From contig MU054117.1 of NCBI GenBank assembly GCA_013239625.1, forward strand, positions 3,772,677 through 3,836,676: 64,000 nucleotides of DNA, in the 5' to 3' direction. Of this stretch, positions 48,271 to 60,100 are shown piece by piece. Under the pieces are notes generated by a model. That model searched no databases. It saw only the letters and a list, made by a program, of their open reading frames with translations, and was not told the origin of the DNA. Made by a program: the position numbers and the translations under genes. Source of the DNA: Lama guanicoe (lineage: Eukaryota). Within the stretch, counting starts at the first letter, position 1; every line of letters starts with the position of its first letter.

Positions 48271-49944
48271 TGCTGGAGGCGAGGGTGTTTAAGAGTATAA
48301 ACTCCATTTACATTGGACGATTACCAGACGACGACCTTGGCCATCTTGGTCTTCCTGGAGGGCAAGTGTCTTCCCGGCCCAGTAACTGGACAGATCCTTC
48401 CCCCACCCCCCCCCAGTTCTGAAATAATGTGAAGTTTGTCTTTTTAGTAATCAGCACCCTGCCAGGTATCTATTAATCTCCGACCACGTGTCCTGTGCTC
48501 TGCTAGGGAAAGTCAGCAGAGCTTCCCACCTTGTTTCGTGGAGTGGCACACGTGTCAAGTGGCCGGACGGCTCACCGTGACACACAACGAGGGCCCCTGC
48601 AGCCAGAGGTCCCAGTCTGTAAGGCAGCCCCAGGGGCCGCCTGGGGACAGCTGGTAAGCCATCGCTGCACAGGGACAGTCCCCAGGTTCCCCATGCTATC
48701 CTAGTCATCCAGGGCTAAGCCATTTCACCAGGGATGCGTGACATTCAAAACAATGTCAAAAAAGCTGAAAAGCTAGCAGGGTGCGTGAGCAAGGGCTGCC
48801 CTCTGGTTAGACTGGAGGATCACAGTAATGCAGGAAGGGGGCGACAGGTGTCCTGCAGGGGCCTGGGGGGCTTCCCAGAGGAGAGGCACTACTGAGAAAT
48901 AGCCAACTTGGATTTCACGAAATCAAAGCAGGAGGCAGAGAGCACGGAGGACTGAGCCCTGTAGAGAATCAGAGCCCTGGACTCTAGTTCTGACGCCGTG
49001 TCTGAATCACTCCTCGGCAAGTGGGTTCCGTCGGCCCCTGCTGCCCCTCTCCCTCTAAATGGTGCCTGTGGGACCTGCCCAGGGACCTGCCAGGCTGCCA
49101 GGAGGTTCAGACGAGAGGCTGAGAGTCAGACGCTCATCGGGACCGAGGGGCCAGGCTAACGTCAGGGATGCTCAGCTGCCGTGCATCAGGGCAGCCACTG
49201 TGAGCTTCGTGACCAGAGATCGCGTTTCCCTGGCTGGGTCTTGAATGGTGGCAAATGCTCGGAACAGAGGGACCTACAAGCAGGTAGAGCGAGGAAGCAC
49301 TTTTAACTTGGACACAAGTTAGAATTTTATTTTCCTAGAAGTCTTTGATTCCATTCCTCTCTTCTCTGGCTTGAGACTGCAATAAAACACAAGATTACCT
49401 GGAAGAAATACCAGACTGGCTGTAAGTGGAGTGAGAGCCAGAGAGGGTGATTCAGAGCCAAGACTGAGAGGCGGTGCCTGAGAAAGAGGCGTCTGCTGGC
49501 CTTGCAGACGGGCTCCCCAGCCGTCTGCACCCCCCTCGCCTCCCCCTGCCTCCCCCCTCCTCCTAAGCCTCCTGCTCAGCCTCAGGGATGGAGGATGGCG
49601 CCTCCCCCGAGGATGCTGTGCTCCACACAGCAGAACCCTGCTCACTGCTCTTCCCAGGTGTCCATCGAGGGCAACGGAGCTGAGCAACAAGCAAGCATCT
49701 TTCTGGGGACCCGTAAAAGGGCTCCATGCCTGATCTGTATTGAGAACAGCTTGCCCCTGCCAACGAGTAAAGCTCTCACCTCAGGGGGCAGGTTTGGACA
49801 TCCTGAGAACCTACAGAAGCCATTGGAAGTCTCCGTTGGAAGGAGATTGGGGCAAGTGACAAGGAGGCGTGTGGGCATCCCAGGGGAGAGGAGGAGGGAC
49901 TGGCAGGCACTTAGTAACTGTTAGATGCCCAACCTTCCTGCTCT

Positions 49945-50095
49945 TCACATTTGCTCACACCTTTGAAGGTCAGCAGCAGCATCTCCATTTCACAGATGGG
50001 GATGCTGAGGCTCAGAGAGGTCCATGAGCTTGCCTGGCCACCACAACTGTCGTCGGCACAGCTTTGCCTGCATCCAAAGCCCGTGTTCTTTCTGC
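49945..50095 (-). mobile_element. MIR SINE
   Basis: 'ctccatttcacagatg...ctgaggctcagagagg...cttgcc...ccaaagcccgtgttcttt'. Confidence 0.85.
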
Positions 50096-53000
50096 TTCCC
50101 TGGGAGGAGACAGACAAAGACCCAGAGCTCACAGCCATCCCCGTGCTGATTTTGGTTCCCTGAGGTGACACCCGGACATGCAGGGCAGGGCTCAGGGTGT
50201 CACCCCCAGACGCAGAAGCGGTGGTCTTCAACCAGACCCAGAGTCACACTAGGGAGCTAAACCTTCATTGGCAAGGGAAGCTCAGAATGCAAAGATAGGT
50301 TCTGGGGAGAATTTTCATGAAAATTGTGAAAAGATTGATACAAATAAGGCCCGAGGGCCAACGGGGAATAACGTGGGGATGCTGGCTGGGGAGAAATGGA
50401 CCCGCTGCCGGTACACAGCCCGTGAGGGTTTCACGGGTCCTGTGAGCAGGGTGGATGGTCCATGGTGTCCGGCGGGCGTGAGCCATGGGCTGCAAAACGC
50501 CAACTCGGGACAAGGGGATGGTGGCGGCTCCATCCTGGGAGGCCTGTGAAATCAAATAGTCCAGTTCCAGGGAACTGAGCTGGAGGCAGAGTATAGAAAA
50601 AAAAAGACTTCTCAAGCCTCAAGCCTGGGATGGTGGAATTCTGAGAAGTACATTCAAGAACAGACGGGGCCAGGGATGGGGGCAGGGATGATGGATTTGG
50701 CTGCCGGGTTGGAATGGAATGAAGTTGCTATGTGTTCTAATGACATCAGGTGCCCAGACAGGACAGCAGCAAACGGAGAGGCATATTTATGTAAACAAAA
50801 GAAATATAAAGGGGAGGGAGAGAGCAAACTAAATATAAACTCTCAGTTCAAAGCCACAGAGAGAAGAGCCAGCACCATTTTCAGAGGGGGGTGTATGAGC
50901 CCGTGCGGGCGCTATTTATAGACCGAAGGTGGTGTGCAAACTTGGGCCGGCGCCACGGCTCTGGACGGCGGATGGCGTGCTGTCCGACTCGAGCTGAAGC
51001 GCCCTATTGTTTCCTTGTCCCCGCAGGGAGGACAGCGAGAGAGAAAGAAGGCGCAGAGACAGTCTTCCCACCCCCCGCGCCTGTCTGCGCGCACCCCATC
51101 CTCACACGCCGGCCTTGTTCTTCAGGCCCATCACTCCCTACGTCCTGCGCAGTGTTCGGGGCTCAGCCAGACCGTCTTCTGCGCGAGGACACCCTCGGGA
51201 CCCCGATGCTGGGTGTGCGGTGCCCGGCCCACGTTCCCTGCCGCTCCCCTTCACCGTTTAACACCACGGGCACGTGCACGCAGCACGCGCTTCCCTCTGG
51301 CCGTTTTCCTGCCTCTCTGGCTGTGCTGTGGGCCCGCCAAAGGCAAGGCTGGACTTAACCGGTGAGCTAAGCGCATAGCAGGTGCTCCAGTTTGATCCGT
51401 TCACTCACTTAATCGCTGACTCCAAGGACGTGTGAACCTGAGCTGGAGCAGAAAAGGGGCTTGTCAGACACGGGCAGACGACGCCCCGCTGGAGGTCTTG
51501 CTCAGAGGCAGGGGGTGGCCGCAGTAACCTGAAATCCTGCCCTGCTCCCTCGGGACTTCTGCCCGTCTTTCAGGGAAGGTCTCACTGACGGCTGCATTAT
51601 GAAATCTGTGGTTCTCTGCTTCCGTGTGACTCCAAACAGGACGTCCTTTCTGGGCTATGCCTGGAGCACGGAGCAGTGTGTTTGCTCCTGCGAGAATTAC
51701 TGACAGCAACGAAGTCCTTGTGCTTTGGGGTCTGTCTTTGTGTGTTTCCCAGAAGAGGGCAGCATGTCCCTGGGGTTTCTCTCGTCAGGTGGCACAGCCC
51801 TGGAATAGTAGGTTCAGTGGTGGTGGAGAAATGTCTCTGGTCCCTCCTTCGGATTCACAGAGACAGTGGGGACAGGGATGGGAGAAGGTGTGTGTGTGCG
51901 CTCACAGGAGAACGAGAGTTTTAGAATGTCACTTGCCCGCAGTGGCCCGAGGACACATCTCATCAGAAGGCATCGGAGAGCGCGGTCCTCGCGGTCCTCG
52001 GTCTTTGGGAATATCTGAGAGCTTTTGTGCCCTGAAGGCTGAGAGGTGCCAGGACATTACAGGGTGGGGCAGAAAGGGCAGTGTGGGCAGAACGCTCCGC
52101 CCTGCCCGTCCGCAGCTGTCTGGTGCTCTGGAGGCAGACCCTCAGAGGGCAGTGACTCAGTCGCTCAGCGAGTCAGAGCTAGGACGAGCACTGGGCGGGG
52201 TCTACTAGCATCCCACCATTGCTCCCCCACCACTCAGGACAGCCAAGGTCAAAGGAAGTGTCAGAACTTCATTGTCACCAACACCCAGTCCCACGAGAGC
52301 TGCTGATTCTTGCCAATCAGAAAGCTTGCGGGGCCTCGGGCCATTGACTTGTCTTCATGTCTCAGTTAAACAACCAGGAGGGCAGATGGGGGAGGCCTCA
52401 CGGGTGTGGAAATCGATGCTTGGGGACAGTTGTCTGACACCCTGGGTCAGGTGGTGGATTTGTCAGGGAGCAGAGAGGACAGCAGGCAAGCTGGGGTCAC
52501 TGGCACCCTCTTCCTCAACTTCATTTTTTTTTTTAACTTTTCTGAATGTCATCGTCTGCAGGTGGCATGTTTACTGGAAACCAAAGAGCAGGCGGATATA
52601 AGGGCCTTCCAAGTTTGGGCCCTGCTGTGCTTACCCAGAGAATCCGAAGTTGGTGGAGGGAGAGACATCAGACGGGTGAGGGTGCGGGGTGGGTGGGTGG
52701 GTGGCATTGTCCCGTGTGACTGAATGACCCCACTCAGTGACACCCCCCCAAACCGACCCTGGTTCCCTAACCCTGCTCTTGCTCCCAGGGTGGCGGGAAC
52801 TGATTTCAGGAAGCCTTGCATTCGGTGTTGGGTGCGACATTCTCTCTTGGTGAAGCCCTGACCGCGGCTTGGCACTAGGCCAGACGCACTGTGCAACAGC
52901 CTCACGGCACGCGTGTGCCCGGCAGGCGGACGGCGACGTGCCCCCTTCCCTCCCGTCCTCGACACCCTCCGTGTGCGCTGGGAAAGCGGCGCAGTCACTT

Positions 53001-54344
53001 CCAAGCATCAGAGGCTCACCTGCGCTCCCTCCCGGACTGCGTCCTGCTGCGCGCGCACGCGCGTGCCTTCCCCCGCTCTTCCGATCAAGTTCGCCCGCAT
53101 TTCCTGGTCTTTGTGGTTTGTCAGCCCCTTAACACCGCTTTTGCTTAGCTGGCGTGTGTGTGAGGCACGCTGGAACAGGTCCCTGAACGCGGCTCTGTTG
53201 CGAACTGCTGTCATCACAACTTAGATCAAAAACAGCTCTTGCCCCCGGGACACGGCTGTGTTTTGAAAGCATTTCTGTCCTACGTTGCTCAGGCAGATAT
53301 TTGGGAGGGAGCTTCTTCCATGTCTGCTCGGTTTTTGGAGAGGGATTTTAGCGATGCCTCCGTCCGTCCGATTCTCAGCCCCCCGGCCGCGTGGCTGCGG
53401 GAGGAGCTCTCACTCTGCAGGCGCAGGTCCCAGCCCCACTGCTAAGCTGCCGGGCCACCTCGTACAAGTCGCTGCTGGGTTTGGGGGTTTTTTTTTTTTT
53501 GACAGCTAATTGCACCAGTTTCGTATTTTATCTCTGGAAAGAGAAAATGAATGTTTTCTGCCAGTCGGCTGAGAAAAGTCATCCCGAGTACAGACTGAGC
53601 AGGACCAGAGAGTTAAGGAAGCGCGCGCCCACGGCGGGCAGCGGGGCGGCCGAGGAGCACTGCCACGTTGGATGCACATCGGTCCGTGTTTACCTCTTCA
53701 TCCGAGAAAGGGCTGAAGTGTTGGAAGGCATTTAAAATTGGCAAAGACGGGAAATGAGCTAACAGCCGAGAGCCTCCTGGACAGGACAGCCCACTGCCGG
53801 CCCTTGTGAGGACAGCTGCTCGGACAGCCGTGCCGTCCAGAACATGCTCTGGACATCAGCCTGGCAGCAGGGGCCCTGGCTGTCCTGACACCCAGTAAGG
53901 ACTCTGTAAATGTTTGGGAAGTGAGTGGACAAGTGACTGTCCCTGGTTTGGGCTGGTGCCACTTACAGGGCATCCAGAGTGCAGGAGAGGGAGGGGCTTG
54001 GGCACCAGGGATGTGGCAGGTGCTGGTCCGTGGCGAGGTGACACTTCTTGAGAGCCCAGTCATTTGGAAAGCCCCGTGCTTACACCTGGCAGTGGCACCC
54101 CAGCCCACGACGGCGTGCCAGCTCCAGCAGTACAGAGAGACACATGGACCCAAAGGGGCAACCGGACAGATGCAAGGGGCGTGGCTTCTGCAGCCTGATG
54201 CTGAGCAAGACCCAAGATCCACATTCAGGACAGTCCGTAAATCAAGAGCCACGACAAGTCCTGCCTCTGCCTCTTTCTCCTCCATTGGACCCTCTTGGGC
54301 TGCCCTTTTGCATCTTCATTTCCCTTGAAGTAGGTCTGGGTTCA

Positions 54345-54485
54345 TTGTTTTAAAATTAAACTACAGCAAAATTAACTTTTGCAGGGATACAGAGCTCTAT
54401 GAGCTGTAACATGTAGCGAGAATCATGCACCCACCGCTATCCTCAGAATGCAGGACAGGACAGTTCCATGACCCCAAAGACCTCA
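54345..54485 (-). mobile_element. Old L1 3' end fragment
   Basis: 'acagcaaaattaactttt...acagagctctatgag...acagttccatgaccccaaa'. Confidence 0.6.
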
Positions 54486-55479
54486 GATGGACACACGGAT
54501 GCTCACAGAGGAGTGCTGGTGTGCCGCTGGGCCATTTTAGGGTCATGTCATTTCTCTACATCGGGGTCCTTACATTAGGTACGAATGATGCCATATTTAA
54601 TTTCATATCTCTCTTGATTTGCAAGACCATGTATAGGGGAGGGGTTCAGCTCATGCTGGCCACACGACGGTGTGGACACCTCACCTTCCTGCTGACTTAA
54701 GGAGAAGTGAAGGGAACGGAAGGATGGCGGCTCCGTGACTGCACAACAAAGGACACATTCAGATGTTTCCTCTCCTCTCACAGAAGGTCCTCAGTTAAGA
54801 GGATGCTCTAGAGGTAAAGAGATCAAGTCTCCTGAGAAACTTCAAGAAACTGCAAGAAAAGTGAGGACGAGGAGAGAGAAGTTTTCAGATTAGTTGGATT
54901 CTGGAAATTCCAGTTCCTCCCACTTTCTTATCCAGGGACCCCAAGTTTCCAGGTGAAGGCAAGAAGTGGGAGGAGAGTGAGGCAGAAAACGGGGTGAGAA
55001 TGTAACTAAGGGAAGGAGAATTACTGGCGTGTTCCTGGCATTCAGCACGGAATAGAAGCCATGCTGAGTCACCTAAGGGTTTAGGTATGAGGGTCTCTGA
55101 GCATCCACAGCGGCAGCAGATAGCTTGCTTTTGGGGACTGGAAGCATTTCTGGACATCATCTGGCCCAAATGCCTGATTTTAAACATTAGGAAGTTGAGA
55201 CTCCTAGAGGGAAAGTGACTTTACCCTAGAGTTACCGAGCTAGTTAGTAGCTGAAGTGGCTGTCACACGCAGGACTGGGACGCGCCCAGAAGGGTTCCTT
55301 CATCTCTACTTCCTACTGATGAAGACTGAGACCCAGAGTAGGGAGGGGATCGGAGAATCACAGAAGCATTGTGATCTCTGGACACCGACGGAGAAAGGAG
55401 AAAGTTGGTAAACATAGCTATTCCTCATCTAAAATTGTGAAGTTCAAATCACTTACCTATTGGTACTTATGGATAGCAT

Positions 55480-55720
55480 AATGGTCATCACCAACGTTGG
55501 CTGAGTGCTTACACACCAGGCACCATGCTACACGCTCAGCTGATTTAATCCCTTCAACTGTGCTAGGAAAGAGGTGCCAGGATTTCTCCTAGTTTATAGT
55601 TGTGAAAACTATGGCACAGGGAGGTTAAGGAAGCTGCTTAACGCTGCACAGTCAATAAATGGCAGGCATGGAATTAAATCCAGGTGATCTAATTTCAGAG
55701 CCAGCCACTTAGCCAGGTGC
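55480..55720 (-). mobile_element. Near full-length MIR SINE
   Basis: 'tgagtgcttac...ccaggcaccatgcta...atttaatcc...gaaaactatggcacagggaggttaag...ggaattaaatccagg'. Confidence 0.85.
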
Positions 55721-56749
55721 TAAAATGTTTCAATATGGACCGAATACCAATTAGGGGCTCCTGTCTAATTCCTCACACAAAGAATTCCCCAACTGCTGGG
55801 ACCAGATTTATTGCCACCTGCAGCCGCCTGGTACCCGCGCACCAGAATGCCTGAGCATCCGGTCTTGGAGGGAGTCGGCAGAACAGAAAGCTCGGGTGCT
55901 GCCTTTGAAACGAAAAATTCTGGTGGTTCTAGAAACCGCTCGTGCTGGAAAGAAAGCTGACCACTGACCCCAGTCACAAGTGTTTCCTTCTCCCACTTAC
56001 TCTGCTGCCCGTGGCAACACGCCAGGGCCTCTAACACGCACGCGTTCTCAGTTCTTTTATAGCTCCGTTCTGCCAGCGTTAGCCTTCAGGGTATTACCCA
56101 GTGCCCATAAAGCATATGACATTAATTTCTGCTGCCTTGCTTGGCGTTTATATTTGAGAAGCAACTCTGTGATAAGGCAGAGAGGTTGTGTGGAAAAAAT
56201 GTTGAATTAATATCCAGATGAGAGATGGGCACCGGTTTCTTTTGATTACCGAGGATGTGTACCTGTTCGATTGTCTGATTGTAACTGGCTGCGGTCAGGT
56301 GGGACAGAAGCTAATTGCCTCTCTAGGAACGAGAGGATGGCCCGTCAGAAGGCTTTCTTCAAAGAGGAGAGACTTGGAGGGTTTTCCCCCTGCCTCCCAT
56401 GCCCATGTCCCTACTGAGCTCTGATCAAAATGGAAAGGTAGGTTCCTTCACAGAGTTATGGGAAGTGGGAAAGGGGTGGTCCAGGGGAGGAGCCAGTCAC
56501 AGCATCCCTCACATCAATGTTTGCCGTGTATCGTGCGGTGCTTGCCGCAGCCACCAGCCTGATTTCATTTTGCAGAGATCAGTGTTGTCGGTGTGTCCTT
56601 GTGAACTCATGCTGACTGATAGGGAGGGCGTGGGCTAGTGTGGAGGTGGGCCGGGCAGCGGCACATACGCTGGGACAGTCTTCCCAGAGAGCTGACGTCC
56701 CTGTGATGTTTTCCATTTCTGTTGTTTCCTTACATTTCAAAGTCTTTTT

Positions 56750-57100
56750 ACATGTGCTCTTTATGCATCTATTCACCAAACATTTGTTGAAAGCCTGCTG
56801 TGTGTGTATCAGGTCTAGAATGCATCCCAGCGCATACACTTGGGATACAGTAGTAGTAAAAACAAAAGAAATTTACCTGCATGAACTTACACAGAGGCGA
56901 GGTTATCTCAAAGGCTTCTCGTGATGATCTGTCAGGGAGGTTAGACCAAGAGCCATTAGTCTCATTTATGGTTAAGTTAAAGAAACCAAGGCTCAGAGAA
57001 GTTAAACGCCCTACCTGGGGGTGCACAGCTAGATGGTGGCAGAGCCCTGGGGAGCCCAGACCACCTGAATCCTTGTCTGTTACTCTTCCTACTGTAATGT
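56750..57100 (-). mobile_element. Adjacent L2 (56750-56900) and MIR (56910-57100) fragments
   Basis: 'tattcaccaaacatttgttgaaagcctgctgtgtg...gggatacagtagt' and 'agaaaccaaggctcagagaagttaaac...cacagctag'. Confidence 0.75.
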
Positions 57101-60100
57101 TCTGCCTCGACCTAGGCGATGACCTTGACCTTGACCTAGACTGGCTAGAACTTCATGAAATCATTTTAGTCATCGCCCTCCATTTCCTGTCCACCATTCA
57201 AGCCTCCTAGTGGAACCACATATCAAAGAAAGCAAACTTCGCATGTTCCCATGGCACCCATCCACTCCAATGACTCATGGCTCTCGCTTGCTTGAAGTTC
57301 TGGTGGGTATTTAACTTAAATTCTTCGTGCTACAAGCCCAGCTGCCTCCGTTCTCCATGGAAGTGAAATGAGACGTCTCTTATGGACCTGAGGACAGTGC
57401 CCCCAGATCCCTCCTCCCTGGAACCACTGACAGACGTCCACGTGCAGGCCTGGGGTGCTTTGTCTCAGTTGACATGCAGGATGTTTTCGGGGATTAGTCA
57501 TTTTCATCCTGGTTTTAGTTCTTCTTGGATAGCTAAAAAGACTGCTTCACTTCTCAGACCGAAATTTAGTGGCTAAAACAAGACTTAAGAAGTCTCTCTG
57601 GGGGCAGTTGCTAAGTTCATGGGGGAGGTGTCACGATTTGTCGTTAGAACGAGGCTTTGGCCTCAGTCCAGTAACACAGCCTTTTAAAAATGAAAATGGA
57701 ATAGGAAATGTTCAGAGCAGTTTTATCCTAACAGAGCATGAGATCTCCAGTGAAAACCAGAGTCAGCCCCACTCTGCTGTTCACTGGCTGTCTTAGGCTG
57801 GTCGTTTAAAACTCTCTGTGCATTTATCAAATTCATCCATTAAAAGGCAAAACAGATGCCTTGAAGTGTTTTTATGCAAGAATATTTATAAAAGGGATTA
57901 CTCAACTACAGAGAGCAATATAAACATTAGAGACTGACATGACAGTCACTGTTGCTCCCTGTGGGGGAGAAGAGGGCCTCGCCGTGAGCTCATGGATTAC
58001 TTCATCACCGGCTGCCTGCAGACTTCATTTCTGCCTTCCACCTCCGGAGTGCTGGAATGGCTTGCCTGTGGTCCCTCCTCCTCCCGCCCTCATGTGCCAG
58101 TGACACCTGGCCCATCTCTCCTGCAGGAAGGTATGGAAGCTTGAGCACGTATCTCCATGACAACAGATTGTTTTCTCATTCCTGGATCCCTCATACTGGG
58201 AACAGTCTCTTGCTTACAGCAGGCACCCAAAAACTATGCATGGAAAGGATGAATATATCAGCTAGCCTCAAGGCCTCTGGGAGAAAGCAATCAGGAAGAA
58301 TTTTGTGTAAAGAACATGCAGCCATTGAGCCTTTGAATGAGGGAGAAGTCTTGACACTAATGCTACAGAAGACAATGAAGGCCCCCCCTCCACCGGCAGG
58401 CAGGCATAGGACGCTGGCTCCCAGGCAGACGACCTGTGACGCCTGCTAATCCCAAAGTCAGCTCCACTTCCCGCTCTGTCCCAGGGCCGTCCTGCAAGCT
58501 GAACGTCCGTGGTCTTGCAGATTCCCGCGAGCACGAGCTGCAGGGGCTGTTGCCCTCCAACCTGACCTACCTTTGGCTTGTAAGGCACGAAAGCTGAGGT
58601 TGAGAGAGTCCCCCAGAAGCAGAGACTGAAATGCAGGCCACCAGATTTTTAGTGAAAGGTCCCTTTTCCTTCCAGAGGAAACACGCCATCATTTGAAAAC
58701 TAAATGCCTTTTGTTTGCTTGCTATTTGGCCTCATGTTGCCTTGTTCAAGTGGGCACAGAAAGTATGTTTCTTTCAAAAGCTGGTGGTGGTCTTGATTAC
58801 GGGGGAATGCTTGATCGCATGAAGATTTTACCAAGAAGCCACTGGGTCTCCTAACCATACCTTGGTGTGAAATAGTACCAAGGCGCTCTCCCCTTCCAGA
58901 CCATGTGTGTTTTCCTTTCCCTCCTGAAATTGTCAAGCTGACATAATTAACTAAGCTGTTAGCTAAATAAATCACTGGATCCTAGCGAGAATTTTCCCTG
59001 AGACATCATTGCCCCGTACCACACTGCATGAAGGACTGTCAACACCACGTGATGGATGTGTGGCAGAGGGTTCTGTCTGGAAGACAGCTCTCCCTTCCTC
59101 CCTGAGCTGCAGATGCAGCTGGCAGGCTACAGAACAGCTGTCGTGGAGTGTATGTGAGAACTCCACCAGTTCCTCGGAGTGTTTCGATCACACAGGGTTC
59201 ACGGAGCCTGAAGGCACACAGAATACAGGTTGATAGCCCAGAGATGGACTCATGTCATGGTGGACCTCAGGACACATCCTTTTTGTAGAGAACTGTGCTC
59301 TGACACAGGGGACGCACTTCTTAACCTCCAGAAGCCTTTCACATCCATCTCTTCAGAGCCTAGGGTAGATGAGCACGCTGCGATTGCTTTATTTTCATTT
59401 TTAGGAACATTCATTTGTTAGCTCCTTAAGATGGGTCCCCTCCATAGTTCGGTCTGTGTGGCTCCCGGCAGGGCCGTCTGGTGAACCCCTGACAGTGCTC
59501 GTCTTTGGCTGTCTGTCCCAGCTTCTCGGCATTCCTGCAGAATGACGCTTCACCAAAAGATCAAGGCTGTTTGGAAGAGGCTCACTCACTGATGGAACCT
59601 TATTTGAGTTTCAACAGATAAAGACAGAGCGGCTGAAGCGTCACACCTGGGGTGGTCGCGCTGTGAGGGCGGCGGCGTGCTGAGGCGCTCCCGCCCCCGC
59701 CATCACGGGGACGGAACGCAGTGCCCGCACTCGGTTTAATTAGAAGCATGGCTAACGGCCAGAAAGTTGGAAGAGAGACTATAGATTCACTAATTAGGGT
59801 CATGTTTACACCTCTTTTGTCAACTGTAACCATTTGTTTGGCCCGAGGTCTCCCTGGTTTATTGGGAGCGGGACTGCCTGGCTGGAGTTTTACAGCTGTG
59901 AGGGAGGAAGCCACGTGTGAGCCTCTGCGGTCCCCCAGGGGCCCGGCCAGGCCCTGCATTTTAATGTAAAGGAAGTTTTCCTTGAACACTGGATGTCCCC
60001 TTCAGTCGCCTTTTATTTCGGAGCTATGCCTGGGCCCAGACGGTGGCTGCATGGACCGTTACCTTTACTGTGCGAACAAGGCAGTCCACGTGGAGAATAT

